Below, in pieces: positions 18,647 to 32,025 of a stretch of DNA of 64,000 bases (position 1 is its first letter; each line of letters opens with the position of its first letter). The DNA comes from Vicinamibacteria bacterium (GTDB lineage Bacteria; Acidobacteriota; Vicinamibacteria; Marinacidobacterales; Marinacidobacteraceae): NCBI GenBank assembly GCA_963555995.3, contig OY821641.1, forward strand, positions 224,001-288,000, given 5' to 3'. The position numbers and the translations under genes are program-made. Below the pieces are notes generated by a model. It was given only the letters and a program-made list of their open reading frames with translations, ran no database searches and was not told the origin of the DNA.

Positions 18647-20554
18647 ATGAATCCCCGGATTGTCGGCGGGCACGGGCGTCTGGCCCTCGTCCTGGTCGCG
18701 GGATCGCTGCTGGCGGCCCCCGCCCTCGCCGTTCCGGGTTCCGTCTTCGGGGAGCCGCCGGGCGGCTGGGAGACGGGCGAGGCGAGCGGGGTGGTTGCCG
18801 CCTCCGCCGGCGTCGTCGTGCTGGCGCAGATTTCCGGGGTGGTGGCGAGTGAGGACGGGAACCCGCTGCCGGGAGCGCTGGTCTCGGTCTTCGCGACGGA
18901 CAGCGACGACGGCGCGGCCCGCTTCGCGGTCACCGACGAGGAAGGCCGCTTCGAGGTCGGCGAGGCCTCCCCCGGGCTCTACAGCCTGCGCGCCTACCTG
19001 GCGGGATTCCTCCCGTCGCCGCGGGCGCAGGTGCTGGTTCGCAGCGGCGCCTCCCTCGCGGACACCCTGCTGATCCAGATGGCCGCCATCGGATCGGAAC
19101 CGGGCACCGGCACGCTGTCGGAACTCCGCTGGCTGCTACAGCGCGGCGGACGGAACGTCCTGAAGGACCGCCGCGCCGGTATTGATTTCCAGGACATCTG
19201 GGAGGGCCCGTGGAACGACGGGCCCCGCTTCCCGGCGCTCGCCTCCCTCGAAGGCGAGTTCGGCTTCTTCGCCGCGTCGGGTAGCTCGCTCGGGCTCCCC
19301 GAGAGCCGGGCGGTGGACTCCGGAATCGCCTACACGCGGTTCGAACTGCCGTCCACCGCGCGCGGCAACTGGGAGGCCGAAGCCCGCCTGATGGAGTCGG
19401 CCTTCGCGTCGTGGGCGGCGAACCTCTCCTACAGGATGGAGGAGTTCGACGGGCACGAGTTCGCCGCCGGGATCGCCTACCAGCGGCACGTCTACGGCGA
19501 TGCGCCCGACTACCGCCCGCCGGCGGCCCCCATCCTGAACCTGGCGCTGCTCCAGGAACCGCAGGCCGAATGGGACGGCGCGGTGTTCGTCGCCGATGAC
19601 TTCACGCTCGGGCGCGCCAGCCTGAGCACCGGACTGACCTATCGCCGCTTCTCGTACCTGACCGGACACCGGGGTCTCGCGCCGCGGGCGGTCCTGGAAT
19701 ACCGGGCGGCCGAGGACTGGACGCTCGTGGGCGGCGTGGCGGTCCGGGTGGACGGCCCGATCGGCGAGGACTCCGCGCTCCTGTCCCGGGTGGCGCACGG
19801 CGACCTGCTCGCCCTCGATCCTTCCTGGTTCGGCTCGGAGGCCGCCCAGCGGAATACCCGCTACCAGGCCGGCGTCCAGTTCGAGGCGTCTCCGAACCAT
19901 GTCCTGGCGGCCCGGCTGTTCCGGGAGGTCACCACCGACCAGCTCCTGCGGACCTTCGAATCGGGCCCGGTTTCGGGAGGGCGTTTCGATGTCTCGAACG
20001 CCGGTGACTATTCCTCGACGGGGTTCGCGTTCGACTGGATTCGGGAGATGGGCCAGGTCACCCGGCGGCTCGATCTCGGCGGTCGGGTTTCCTGGCTGGT
20101 GGCGGCTGTTCGGAATCCGGGCGGCGACGCGGCGCTCGAAGCGCCGGCGGGTCCGCTCGGCTTCGTCGGTGCGGGCGGCCCGGACGTCACGAACGCGGCC
20201 CGTTTCCTGCTGCCGGTCGGAGACAGCGCCGTAGTCCATGACCTCTCGGCCGAAGTGGTGGCGCGGCTTCGCCCCTCGGGGACCCGGCTGGCCGCGGCGT
20301 ACCGCGTGATCCGCCATCCGGGTCTGACGCCGGCGCATCCGGCCCTGTCGGCCGCCGACGAGCACACCGCCCGCTTCGACGTGGAGCTGGTCCAGCTCAT
20401 CCCCTTCGCCGACTGGAGCGGGACCGAGTGGGAGCTGTCGCTCGCGGTGCGCGACCTCTTCTTCCGCGAGATGCTGGGACGGTCCCTGCTGGACGAGATC
20501 GCGGTGGCCCACGCGCCCCGGCGCGTCGTGGGCGGCCTCGCGGTCCGGTTCTAG
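18647..20554 (+). CDS. Carboxypeptidase-regulatory-like N-terminal domain plus probable outer-membrane beta-barrel
   Basis: Signal peptide; ISGVVASEDGNPLPGALV...TDEEGRF module; amphipathic strands; C-terminal GLAVRF. Confidence 0.65.
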   Translation: MNPRIVGGHGRLALVLVAGSLLAAPALAVPGSVFGEPPGGWETGEASGVVAASAGVVVLAQISGVVASEDGNPLPGALVSVFATDSDDGAARFAVTDEEGRFEVGEASPGLYSLRAYLAGFLPSPRAQVLVRSGASLADTLLIQMAAIGSEPGTGTLSELRWLLQRGGRNVLKDRRAGIDFQDIWEGPWNDGPRFPALASLEGEFGFFAASGSSLGLPESRAVDSGIAYTRFELPSTARGNWEAEARLMESAFASWAANLSYRMEEFDGHEFAAGIAYQRHVYGDAPDYRPPAAPILNLALLQEPQAEWDGAVFVADDFTLGRASLSTGLTYRRFSYLTGHRGLAPRAVLEYRAAEDWTLVGGVAVRVDGPIGEDSALLSRVAHGDLLALDPSWFGSEAAQRNTRYQAGVQFEASPNHVLAARLFREVTTDQLLRTFESGPVSGGRFDVSNAGDYSSTGFAFDWIREMGQVTRRLDLGGRVSWLVAAVRNPGGDAALEAPAGPLGFVGAGGPDVTNAARFLLPVGDSAVVHDLSAEVVARLRPSGTRLAAAYRVIRHPGLTPAHPALSAADEHTARFDVELVQLIPFADWSGTEWELSLAVRDLFFREMLGRSLLDEIAVAHAPRRVVGGLAVRF

Positions 20555-20555
20555 G

Positions 20556-20726
20556 GGGAGCGCCGGTCTTCAGACCGGCATCGCTCCCCGCAGGGGAGCG
20601 AAACTCCCGTTGCCAGTCGTCCGTATGACGTACCGCCATAACGTGTGGCGTACCGTGATGCGGCAGAGCAAATGGGGGAGTTTCGCGGCCTTCGGCCGCG
20701 GTGCCGGTCTGAAGACCGGCGCTCCC
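20556..20726. repeat. Inverted pair of family-1 REP-like palindromes (GTCTTCAGAC variant)
   Basis: GGGAGCGCCGGTCTTCAGACCGGCA 20556-20580 and its inverse 20701-20726, with internal hairpins. Confidence 0.9.
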
Positions 20727-20784
20727 AGCGCCCTCCATCCAATCCATTGAATCGTCCTGACGCCCATCCGTCACATTGGATAAG

Positions 20785-23747
20785 ATGGCGGATCCCGGTC
20801 GAACCAACCGGGCGCTGACCCGTATGCCCCTCCTCCGCGGCGTCACCCGCTCCACCCTCGCCGTAGCCGCGACCGCGCTGCTGCTCGCCCTCGGGGTGAC
20901 GAACGTGGCGCGCCAGGTGGTCTCCGGCGTCATGGACGACGGCGTGCTCTGGGGTGACGAGTTGGGCCGGGTGGTCGCCATGCGCGTGGAAGAGGGCGGG
21001 GCGGGAGACCGGGCCGGCATCGAGGTGGGCGACGCGCTGCAGGTCATCACCGACCGGAGCAGCGGCGCGACGATCGAGGTGGACAGCGCGGCCGATGTCC
21101 GCAGCGTGCTCGACGACGCCTCGGAGGGCTCGCGCCTGCGCTACGTGCTGATCCGGGAGGGGGAGCGCCGCGGGATGACGCTCTCCGTCGCGCCGCTCCC
21201 GACCGGGAACGTCTCGCTCTACCTGTTCCTGGCGGCGGTGGGAATCTTCGCCGGCGGGGTCGGCACCTTCGTCTACGCCTTCCGCCGCGGCGCCTCTGCG
21301 TCGGCCCACTTCTACGGGCTCTGCCTCCTGTGGCTGCTCGCGTTCTCGTTCTCGTTCACCGGGGAACTGGACCTCTTCGACCACCTCTTCTTCTGGCTCG
21401 ACCGGATCGGGGTGCTGTTCTTCCCTCCGGTATTCCTCCACTTCGCGCTCACCTTCCCGAACCGCAGCCGCTTCCTCGACCGCTGGCCGAAGCTGCTCCA
21501 CTGGGCGTACGCGCCCTCCGTCGCCCTGCTCGGGCTCTCGGTCGGCTCCCGCATCCTCTATTTCTCGCCGTTCAGTCCGGGGGGCGCGGTCATCACCGGC
21601 AGCGAGTTCGTGGTGGACCGCCTCGAGCCGGTGGCGTGGGCGCTCTATTCCCTCGCCGCGTTCGCGGCGTTCGTGGACGCCTATCGCAACGCCGAGAGCG
21701 TCACCGTCTCGAAGCAGCTCAAGTGGATCGTCTGGGGCACGGGAGCGGGAATGCTGCCGTTCGCGCTGATCTACGCGGTCCCCTACCTGGGCGGGCTTCC
21801 CACGACGCCGGAGATGGAGCTCTCGCTGGTGCCGGTGGTTCTGGTGCCGCTCTCCTTCGCCTACGCCATCGTCAAGTACCGGCTGATGGACGTGGAGGTC
21901 CTGTTCAAGCGCGGGATCCTGCTGGCGTCGCTGATGCTGGGCATCGCCGCCATCTTCCTGGCGGCCTTCCTCGCGGGCACCACCTGGTTCGGGGGCGACG
22001 AGCACTCGCTGATCATCGCGGTGCTCTCGGCTATCGTGGCGGCGCTGGCGGTCCCCGCTTTCCGGACCCGCACCGAACGCCTGATTGACCGGCTCTTCTA
22101 TCGCGAGCACTACGACTTCCGGCGGGCGCTCGCCCGGCTCGCCGGCGAGATGAACTCCCAGCTCGACCTCGTCCCGCTGGCGAACCGGCTGCTGGAGCGC
22201 ATCGCCGAGACCTTCCGGATGCGGCGGGTGGCGCTGCTCACCGCCGTGCAGGACGCCGCCGTCCCGGAGCTCCGGGTGGTGGCGGCGCACGGCCTCGACG
22301 ACGCGGAGATCGCCGCTTCGGAGCGGTTCATCGCGTCCGCGTCGGTGAGGAAGCGGCTGAGCGCCGGCGCGATCGCCCGCACCTACCGGATGCCGGCGCC
22401 GGTCCGCGAAGGCGTCTGGGTGCTGAACGCCGTCCCGTGCTTCGCGCGGGGCGAGGTGGTGGGCGCCTTCCTGCTGGGCGAGACGGTGGACGGCGAGGAC
22501 CTCTCCTCCGAGGATCTGGACCTGCTCCGCACGGTGGCGGCGCAGGCGGCGACCGCCCTCGTGAACGCGCGCCTCTACAGCTCGCTCCAGGCCAAGCACG
22601 AGGAGGTGGTGGCGCTCCGGGAGCAGAGCGAGGACACGATCGAGTCGCTCGCCGCCGGCGTGGTGGTGCTCGACCTCAAGGGCCGGGTCGTCCGCTGGAA
22701 CCGGTCCATGGAGCTCATCTACGGGCGCAGCCGCCATGAGGTCGCCCACTCCTCCTACGCGGCGGTCTTCCCGAAGAGCCTCCGCCAGGCGCTCGACGCC
22801 GGCCTCGGGGAAGGGTGGCTCGCCCGGAGCGAGGGCGGCGGAATCTCCCGGATGAACCTGCGGGCCGCCGACGGACGGGACCGGGTCGTGAACGTCAAGG
22901 CCGCGCCGTTCATGTCGGGCGCCGGGCAGCGCCACGGCGCCCTCCTCATCTTCGAGGACATCACCGAGCGCGTCGGGATGGAGAACGAAATGCAGCTCCG
23001 GGAGAAGATGAGTTCCCTCGGCGTCCTCGCCGCCGGCGTCGCGCACGAGGTGAACACGCCGCTCACCGGGATCTCCAGCTTCACCCAGATGCTGCAGGAC
23101 CAGACCTCGCGGAACGACCCCCGCCGTCCGCTCCTCACCAAGATCGAGAAACAGACGGAGCGCGCCTCGAAGATCGTCAACGGCCTGCTCAACTTCGCGC
23201 GGCACGGGCAGACGGACTTCCAGATCGTGAACCTGAACCGTGTCCTGGGAGACGTGCTCTCGCTCCTCGACCACCAGTTGCGGAGTTCCCACATCCGCAT
23301 CCGCAAGGAACTCGACCCGGCGCTGCCGCCGCTCCGGGGCGACGAGAACAAGCTCCAGCAGGTCTTCGTGAACCTCGCGGTGAACGCCTTCGACGCCATG
23401 CCGGCGGGCGGCTGGCTCACGCTCACCACCCGCAGCGAGGGAGGCCAGGTGATCGCCGAAGTCGCCGACACCGGCGAGGGCATCGCCCCCGAGGACATCC
23501 GGCGGATCTACGACCCCTTCTTCTCGACCCGCAAGAAGAGCGGCGGGAACGGTCTCGGGCTGTCCATCAGCTACGGAATCGTCCAGGAACACGGCGGCGC
23601 CATGGAGGTCGAGAGCAACGTGAGCGCCGGCACCCGTTTCCTCATCCGCTTCCCGGCGGCGGACGCGTCCGCTGAGCGTCCGGTGTCCGGGGACTCGTCC
23701 ATGGCGGTTCCGAAGGCCGTTGGTTCGGCTCGCGCGGAGACCGGTCC

Positions 23748-23751
<4 letters not shown>
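20785..23751 (+). CDS. Sensor histidine kinase (PDZ-like, multi-TM, GAF, PAS, HisKA, HATPase)
   Basis: GDRAGIEVGD PDZ-like motif; many TM helices; AHEVNTPL H-box; QVFVNLAVNA, DTGEG, FFST, GNGLGL boxes. Start uncertain (20776/20785/20824). Confidence 0.92.
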
Positions 23752-25177
<1,426 letters not shown>

Positions 25178-25178
<1 letters not shown>

Positions 25179-27328
25179 TGATCCGGACGATGACCCGGAC
25201 CGCGCGGCGGATCGCCCGGCTCGCGGTGCTGCTGGCGGTCCTGCCGGCGGTGGCGGCGGCCGCCCAGGACGAACTCAGCCGCGACGAGAAGCTCGACCGG
25301 CTGCGCGAGGACCACCGCACCTGGCTCGAGGAAGAGGTGGTGTACATCATCACCGACCGGGAGGAGGACGTCTTCCTCAGCCTCGAGACCCTCGAGGAGC
25401 GGACCCGCTTCATCGAGGTCTTCTGGGAGAAGCGCGATCCGTACCCAGCGACCCCGGCGAACGAGTTCAAGGACGAGCACTACGCCCGGATCGAGTACGC
25501 GAACAAGTACCTGGGCCGGGACACCTTCCGGGCGGGCTGGCGCACCGACCGCGGCCGCTACTACATCCTCCTCGGCGAGCCGCGGGAGCGGCATTCTTTC
25601 GACGGCTACAACGAGGTGGTGTCGTCCGAGCTCTGGTTCTACCAGGGCGACGTACAGAAGGGACTGCCGTCGTTCTTCTATCTCGTCTTCTTCAAGCGCC
25701 ACGACATCGGGGAGTACCGGCTCTACCACCCGGTCGTGGACGGGCCCCAGTCCCTGGTGCGGGGGCAGTACGCGCAAGGTCCCGGCCCCGAAGGAAACAT
25801 CCAGGCGTACGAGGCCCTCCAGCGCGTCGACGCCGAACTCGCCAACGCGTCGCTCTCCTTCGACCCGTCGGAGCCGGGCGATTGGACGACGGGCCGGGCC
25901 TCGCTGTCGAGCGATCTCCTGATCGCCCGCGTCGAGGATTCCCCGCGCCGGGCGATCCGCACCGACTACGCCGACGCCTGGCTCCGCTACCGGGACCGGG
26001 TCTCGGCCGACTACTCGTTCAACTTCGTCCCGAGCCGGGGAGTGTTCGGCGTCACCGGAGGCCCTGCCGGCACGCCGTTCGTCCACTTCAGCGTCGAGAT
26101 CGATCCGCAGAACTTCACGCTCGAGACCGATGAGGACCAGACGTCGTTCTACACGACCCTCGACATCTCGGTCGAGGCGGTGAACGAGGACGACGTGGTG
26201 GTGCTCGCGATCGACCGCCCCGCCTACCTCGAACTCACGCCCACGCAGGTCCGGGACGTCCAGGCGTCGCCGTTCGCGTACCAGGACAGCGTCCCCCTGC
26301 TACCCGGGCAGTACGAGTTCAGCGTGATCGTCCGCAACCGCGCGGCCCAACAGTTCACCGTGCTCGAGACGGAGATTGACACCACCGGCCTGGGCGAGGC
26401 CGGCTCGCCCCGGATCGCGGGCATCGTCGCCGGGTTCGACGGCACCGATCTGATGGAGGCGCCCAGCCCCGACGCGATCCGCACGTTCCAGGTGGGGAGC
26501 GTTCGGGTCCAGCCGGCCGCGGACGGCCTCTTCGCCCTCGGGAACGTGCTCTACGCCTTCGCGCACGTGATGGACCCGGGCGAGGACCAGCAGATCCGGT
26601 TCCAGTTGCTCGCCGACGCTTCGGGCAGTCCGGAGGGGGAGCCCCTCGCCGAACTGACCGAAGCCGTTCCCGGGGTGGGAGCCATTCTCGGCCGCATGCC
26701 GCTGGACCTCGGGGTGGGCGGAAGCTACTGGCTCCGCGCCCGGCTCGAAGACGCCGGCGGCGTCCTGCTGGACCAGCGTGACCGGCGGATCCAGGTCTCC
26801 CCGCGCGCCGGAGTCCCGCGCGCCGCGTTCGTGTACCGGCGCGGCTTCAACCCGGAGACTCCGGGTCTCCTCCCGTTGGTGCGGGGCGATCAGTACCTGA
26901 CGCTGTCACGCTTCGAGGACGCGCTCCGCGAGTACGAGGCGGCGGTGGCGTCCGGGAACCCGCAGTTGCCCGCCGCGCGCTGGAAGCTCGCCCACGGCTA
27001 CCTCCAGACGAGCCGGGTGGCGGACGCGGCGGCGCTGCTCGAGCCCATGATCGAGCAGTTCCCCGAGGTCTTCGAGGTGGCCAGCGGCATCGGTTTCGTC
27101 CGCTACTTCCAGAACCGCTTCGAGGAGAGCGTGACCCACCTCGAGCACGCCCTGTCGCTGCGCACGCCGGGATTCGGGCTGCTGAACGTCCTCGGCGACG
27201 CCTACGCCCAGGTCGGCCGCCTCGAAGAGGCCCGCGCCACCTTCCAGCGCTCGCTGGAGATGAATCCCGAGCAACCCTTCCTCCGCGAACGCCTCGCCGA
27301 AATCAGCGCCCCCCCACCCCGCCACTAG
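25178..27328 (+). CDS. GWxTD domain protein with C-terminal TPRs, secreted
   Basis: Signal peptide; WLEEEVVYII, FWEKRDP, GWRTDRGRYYILLGEP; TPR tail. ATG overlaps the regulator stop. Confidence 0.9.
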
Positions 27329-27335
27329 CGCCGGC

Positions 27336-27445
27336 CTGGAACGCCGGTCTCCAGACCGGCACCGCGGCGCTCCGCGCCACGCACGTCGCAACTCCACCCA
27401 TCTTCACGGTCTGTACGGCTAGGAACCCCGGCCTCCGGCCGGCAC
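27336..27445. repeat. Two tandem family-1 REP-like palindromes
   Basis: CTGGAACGCCGGTCTCCAGACCGGCAC 27336-27362; CTAGGAACCCCGGCCTCCGGCCGGCAC 27419-27445. Confidence 0.8.
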
Positions 27446-27516
27446 CGCGGCTCGAAAAAGCCTTGTCTTTTAGCAATTTCAACGCTAAAAATACCTGCAA
27501 TTCCATCAAGAATCGC

Positions 27517-28935
27517 ATGTCCCCGATCCTCCAGCGGCACGAAACCGACTACCTGAGCGCCTGGGCGGCGCGCCGCCCGCGGAAGCCGATCGTGATCCGC
27601 GGCGCGCGGCAGGTGGGCAAGTCCACCCTGGTGCGCGAGTTCGCCCGCACTGCCGGACTGACGCTGGTCGAAGTGGACTTCGAGCGCAACCCCGAGTTGC
27701 GGGGCGCCTTCGCTGGCCGGGATCCCGTGCGCATTCTGGAGCTGCTCAAGCTGCTGAGCGGGCAGACGGCGGCGGCGGGAACGCACCTGCTCTTCCTGGA
27801 CGAGATTCAGGCGGCGCCGGAGGCGCTCGCCGCGCTGCGCTATTTCCACGAGGAGATGCCGGACCTGCACGTGCTGGCGGCGGGCTCGCTGCTCGAATTC
27901 GCGCTCGCCGAAACGCGCTTCCCGATGCCGGTGGGGCGCGTCGAGTACATGCATCTCGGGCCGATGCGCTTCGAGGACTTCGTGGCCGGCGCGGGCGAGA
28001 CGGAACTGGCCGGGTTCCTGCGCGGTTTCCCGCTGGAGAGCGTGCGTGAGCAGGCCGTGCCCGCCGCGCTGCACCGCCGCTGCCTCGACCTGCTGCGCCG
28101 CTACTGGATCGTGGGAGGGCTTCCGGAGGCGGTGGCGGCGTTCGCCCGCGGACCGGCGGGCGGCGCCGCCTGGGAGTCCGTTTCGCGCGTTCTGGAGAGC
28201 GTCGTCGCGACCTACCGCGACGATTTCGGCAGGTACGGGCGGTCCCGGGACCGCATCCGGATGGTCTTCGACCGGTTGCCGCAACTGGTCGGGCGGAAGT
28301 TCAAGTACGTGGATGTCAGCCGGGAGCATCGCTCCTCGGAGATCGCCGCCGCCCTCGAACACCTGTGCATGGCCCGGGTGGCCTTCAGGGTGTTCCGCAC
28401 GGCCGCGGGCGGCGTCCCGCTCGCGGCCGGGATCAACGAGCGGTTCTTCAAGTGCCTGCACCTCGACGTCGGCCTGCTGTGCGCCGCGCTGGGTCTCGAT
28501 GTCCTCGACCTGGAAGCGCCGGCCGACCCCACGCTCGTCAACCGCGGCGCGGTCGCGGAACAGTTCGTGGGCCAACACCTGCTCTACGACGACGCCCCGT
28601 ACCGCACGCCGGCGCTCCACTACTGGGCGCGCGAAGCCCGGAACGCGTCCGCCGAACTCGACTACGTCATCGCCGTTGGAAACCGTGTCGTGCCCGTGGA
28701 AGTGAAAGCAGGCGCCACCGGCTCCCTGCGATCGCTGCACCAGTTCGTCCGCGAGAAGTCCTCCGGCCTCGCCGTGCGTTTCAACGCGGACCCGCCGAGC
28801 CTGCTGCGGGACGCCCGGACGCTGCCGGACGGAACCACGGTGCGCTACGACCTGCTGTCGCTCCCGCTGTATCTCGTCGGCCAGGCGCGCCGGTTGATCC
28901 GCGAGGCCGCCGCCGGCCCGCCGATCTCCGGCTGA
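27517..28935 (+). CDS. AAA+ ATPase with DUF4143 and C-terminal PD-(D/E)xK-like nuclease motif
   Basis: Walker A GARQVGKST, Walker B LFLDEIQ, GGLPE, ELDYVI...PVEVKAG. Confidence 0.9.
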   Translation: MSPILQRHETDYLSAWAARRPRKPIVIRGARQVGKSTLVREFARTAGLTLVEVDFERNPELRGAFAGRDPVRILELLKLLSGQTAAAGTHLLFLDEIQAAPEALAALRYFHEEMPDLHVLAAGSLLEFALAETRFPMPVGRVEYMHLGPMRFEDFVAGAGETELAGFLRGFPLESVREQAVPAALHRRCLDLLRRYWIVGGLPEAVAAFARGPAGGAAWESVSRVLESVVATYRDDFGRYGRSRDRIRMVFDRLPQLVGRKFKYVDVSREHRSSEIAAALEHLCMARVAFRVFRTAAGGVPLAAGINERFFKCLHLDVGLLCAALGLDVLDLEAPADPTLVNRGAVAEQFVGQHLLYDDAPYRTPALHYWAREARNASAELDYVIAVGNRVVPVEVKAGATGSLRSLHQFVREKSSGLAVRFNADPPSLLRDARTLPDGTTVRYDLLSLPLYLVGQARRLIREAAAGPPISG

Positions 28936-28960
28936 CGCACGCCGGAGCGCCCCGCCCGGC

Positions 28961-31822
28961 TCAAAACCGGAGCCGCACGCCCACCCGCGCGACCCGCGGC
29001 GGCAGGATGCCCACCACCGCCCCGAAGGAATCGTCGCGGGATCCCTCGCCGACCACGTTGTTCAGATTCAGCGCGTTGAAGACGTCGAGGTAGGTCGAGA
29101 ACTCAGCGGCCCCTGGAAGTTCCAGCTGGTGGTCCAGGCGAAGGTCGAGCAGCGGCACCGCCGGCGACCGGGCGGCCCCGGGCGGTTCCACAATGACCTC
29201 CGTGCTCCCCTGGGGAAGCGGTTTCCCGTCCAGAGTCCGGGTGAAGATGACCGACCGGAAGTTTGGCCAGCCCGAATGGGCGCGGAGCGAGCCCGCCATC
29301 GCGAAACCCCAGGGGAGTCGGTAGCTCCCGGACAACCGGGCGATGAAGGGCCGGTCCCAGAACGTCCGGCCCTCGTGCAGCTCGCCGTGGTTCGGGTTGT
29401 TCAGAAGCGGTCCCGGGAATTCGGTTCCCTCGTCCGCCTGGCCCCGGGGGCCGGAAAGCCAGCCGATGGAGCGGCTCACCGTCAGCGAAGCCAGGAGCTG
29501 CCAACCGGAGTCGTAACGCCTCCTGGCCTCCAGGATGAGCCCCCGGTAGCTGGAGCCGATTCCCGGGTTGTAGAGGCGGTAGCGGCTCTGACCAAGGGTG
29601 GAAGGGTCCTGAAGCCAGAGCGTCATGGGGACGTCGTCCTGGCTGCCGCGAACGAAATCGCGGCCGGGATCGAGATGGGGGACCGGACGCCAGGCGCTTT
29701 CCGGAACCCCGACATCGGTGTCCTCGATCAGGTTCCGTTCCCGGCGCAGGATGCCGGTGAGGCCGAGGGTGATTCCGAAGGGGACTTCCCGATGAAATCC
29801 CACGGTCAGTTCGTCGGTGCTCGGCTGTTTCAGACCCGGATCCACTTCGTTCAGTACCGGGATGAAGACGCTGAGAGGCGACGTGAAGTCCACCTCCCCC
29901 TCGTCCACCAGCGCGTTCAGGTTGTGGTCCTGGAAGCGGAACTTGGCCGAAGCGCGAGCGTTGGGGTTCGCGTATCCCGGAACGCTCACGCCCAGTTGGT
30001 GAAGGTAGCGCCCCGCGCTCAGCCGGACCTGGGTGCGGCCGTCCTCGGTGAGCTGGTAGTTGATGCCGAGTCGCGGGGCCACGCCCAGCCAGGAAACCAG
30101 GCCGGACTCGCCGGTGGTCTGCCGGGGAATCCCGAAGCGGCGGAACGCCTCCGTCCAGGCGCCGGGCTCGTTCTCCTGATCCGGATACCCGCCGCCCCAC
30201 CAATCCGCGCGAAGGCCGAACTCCAGCACCAGCCGCCCGCGGACAAGGGTGTCCTGCGCGTAGAAACCAACATTCCGGGTGAAATTCCGGACCGCCACCG
30301 GGTCGTTGTAGAGCGTGACCTCGATGGGAAACACCCGGTCGTAGATATAGATGATCCCGCCGTGCAGGTCGTAGGTGGTCCGCACCGGGTTCACCGTAGT
30401 TTCCAGGCCCATCTTGAACTCGTTCGTGCCTCCGAACAGACCGTCCCGGAACCAGGTCGCGGTGGCGCTCGCCTGCCACCGGTCGCGCTCGTAGATGGTG
30501 TTCGTCCCGGAGCCTCCGTACCAGATGCCGGTGTTCAGTTCCCAGCGGGACAATCCCGGCTCGCGGTCGGGTTGCTGGCCGTACGGGAAGTAGAGATCCA
30601 GCCGGCTGGCGCGGGCCTCGACCAGCAGCGATTCACCGAAGACGCCGGACCAGGAGAGCTGTCCGAGGGTGGTGGTCGAATCCTGATGGAAGGTGGTCTC
30701 CGGGCGGGGACGGAAAAGGCTCGCCCCCCGATAGGGCCGGAACTTGTCGTTTCGGTAAACGAAGACGCCGATGTCGTGTCCGTCGGCAACTCTTACGGTG
30801 GCTCTGGCCAGCAGGTTGTCGAGCTGCGTGAGGTCAACTCCGGGCTCGCCGCCCTCGAAGAAGAACCCCGGCAGGAAGGGTTCCACGCGGAAGCGCGAGT
30901 AGTTGAAATAGAACCAGGCGCGGTCGCGGCGCAGCGGTCCGCCGAGTTCTGCGCTCCCGTCGAACAGCGCCTTGAGACGGTTGGCCTGTCCGACGCCGCG
31001 TGCGCGGAGGGCATCGTCCAGATTCTGCGCCTGGAAGCGCTCGTGTTCGTAGAAGAAACTGCCGCTGCCGGCGAATTCATTGGTGCCTCTCCGGGTGACG
31101 ATGTTCAGGAAGACGCCCGGAGTCTGGATCTCGGCCCGGTGCCCCGCCGTCGAGACCTCCACTTCTTCGAAACTGTCGAACGAGTAGTAGGTGATGCTCG
31201 CGCCCATGGCGGCCGGGTCGGTGACGTTCACCCCGTTCAGGTAGTACTGGTTCTGCGTCCACGCCGACCCGGCCGCCGAGAAGAGGGACTGTTGGCCGCT
31301 CTCGGCCCCGCCCACGTTGATCTTGGACATCATGATGCCGGGCGTTTGTTCCAGGACGGTCCAGATGTCGCGGGTATTGGGCAGGTCCTCGAGCACGGGG
31401 CGGTCCACGATCTCCCGGACTCCGCTGCCGCGGAGATCGAGGGGTCGCCGGGACACCGCCGCGACCCGCTCCGTGATCCCGGCGAGGACGAGTTGCAGTC
31501 GGACTTCCACGACGGAGCCGGCGTCCACGACCACTTCGGCGGGCGGCGAATCCTGGAAGCCGGGGTGCACCGCCGCAATGAGCCAGGTTCCCGGCACCAG
31601 ACCGGCAAAGCCGAACCGGCCTGAAGGTCCCGCCGCCTGTTCCCGCCGGATGCCCCGCCCGACGAGTACCAGCGACACGCGGGCGCCGGGGAGGACGCCG
31701 CCGGTCCCGTCGAGCACGACACCGTCCACCCCGCCGGTTGGTTGTGCGATTCCAGGCGCGGCAACCGCCGCCAGCAATGCAGCAAGGACACCCGCCGCCA
31801 GCCAGGGACGCCGGCTCCCCAC
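28961..31822 (-). CDS. TonB-dependent receptor (Oar-like, carboxypeptidase-regulatory N-terminus)
   Basis: Signal peptide; GVVLDGTGGVLPGARV; plug with LEQTPG, NQYYLNGVN, NIVTRRGTN; C-terminal GVRLRF. Start placed downstream of the tRNA-Ser gene. Confidence 0.88.
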   Translation of the reverse strand: MGSRRPWLAAGVLAALLAAVAAPGIAQPTGGVDGVVLDGTGGVLPGARVSLVLVGRGIRREQAAGPSGRFGFAGLVPGTWLIAAVHPGFQDSPPAEVVVDAGSVVEVRLQLVLAGITERVAAVSRRPLDLRGSGVREIVDRPVLEDLPNTRDIWTVLEQTPGIMMSKINVGGAESGQQSLFSAAGSAWTQNQYYLNGVNVTDPAAMGASITYYSFDSFEEVEVSTAGHRAEIQTPGVFLNIVTRRGTNEFAGSGSFFYEHERFQAQNLDDALRARGVGQANRLKALFDGSAELGGPLRRDRAWFYFNYSRFRVEPFLPGFFFEGGEPGVDLTQLDNLLARATVRVADGHDIGVFVYRNDKFRPYRGASLFRPRPETTFHQDSTTTLGQLSWSGVFGESLLVEARASRLDLYFPYGQQPDREPGLSRWELNTGIWYGGSGTNTIYERDRWQASATATWFRDGLFGGTNEFKMGLETTVNPVRTTYDLHGGIIYIYDRVFPIEVTLYNDPVAVRNFTRNVGFYAQDTLVRGRLVLEFGLRADWWGGGYPDQENEPGAWTEAFRRFGIPRQTTGESGLVSWLGVAPRLGINYQLTEDGRTQVRLSAGRYLHQLGVSVPGYANPNARASAKFRFQDHNLNALVDEGEVDFTSPLSVFIPVLNEVDPGLKQPSTDELTVGFHREVPFGITLGLTGILRRERNLIEDTDVGVPESAWRPVPHLDPGRDFVRGSQDDVPMTLWLQDPSTLGQSRYRLYNPGIGSSYRGLILEARRRYDSGWQLLASLTVSRSIGWLSGPRGQADEGTEFPGPLLNNPNHGELHEGRTFWDRPFIARLSGSYRLPWGFAMAGSLRAHSGWPNFRSVIFTRTLDGKPLPQGSTEVIVEPPGAARSPAVPLLDLRLDHQLELPGAAEFSTYLDVFNALNLNNVVGEGSRDDSFGAVVGILPPRVARVGVRLRF

Positions 31823-31842
31823 CGGAAGAACTAGTGGCGGCG

Positions 31843-31932
31843 TGGCGGAGAGGGAGGGATTCGAACCCTCGGCGCGGTATCCCGCGCAACTGCTTAGCAG
31901 GCAGCCCTGTTCAGCCACTCCAGCACCTCTCC
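31843..31932 (-). tRNA. tRNA-Ser (GCU)
   Basis: GGAGAGG acceptor; anticodon loop CTGCTAA; long variable arm; GCCA end. Confidence 0.95.
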
Positions 31933-32025
31933 AGCGCCAGGCAAGGCGGTAGTTTCGCCGCCGGACAGAGGATGGTACACCGGCGGAATCACGATCGCGT
32001 CACGCCGACGTACAACACTGAATCC

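Noticed and set aside
13163-23592. Very long antisense ORFs (e.g. 13163-16234, 20551-23592; also 6016-8292, 29129-31624, 51677-54028)
   Set aside because: They are shadows of real genes in high-GC DNA and carry no recognisable motifs.
31823-31918. N-terminal ORF extensions through tRNA genes (TonB receptor to 31918, PD40 protein to 10542, helicase to 8466)
   Set aside because: They overlap clear tRNA genes; downstream starts fit signal peptides or family N-termini better.
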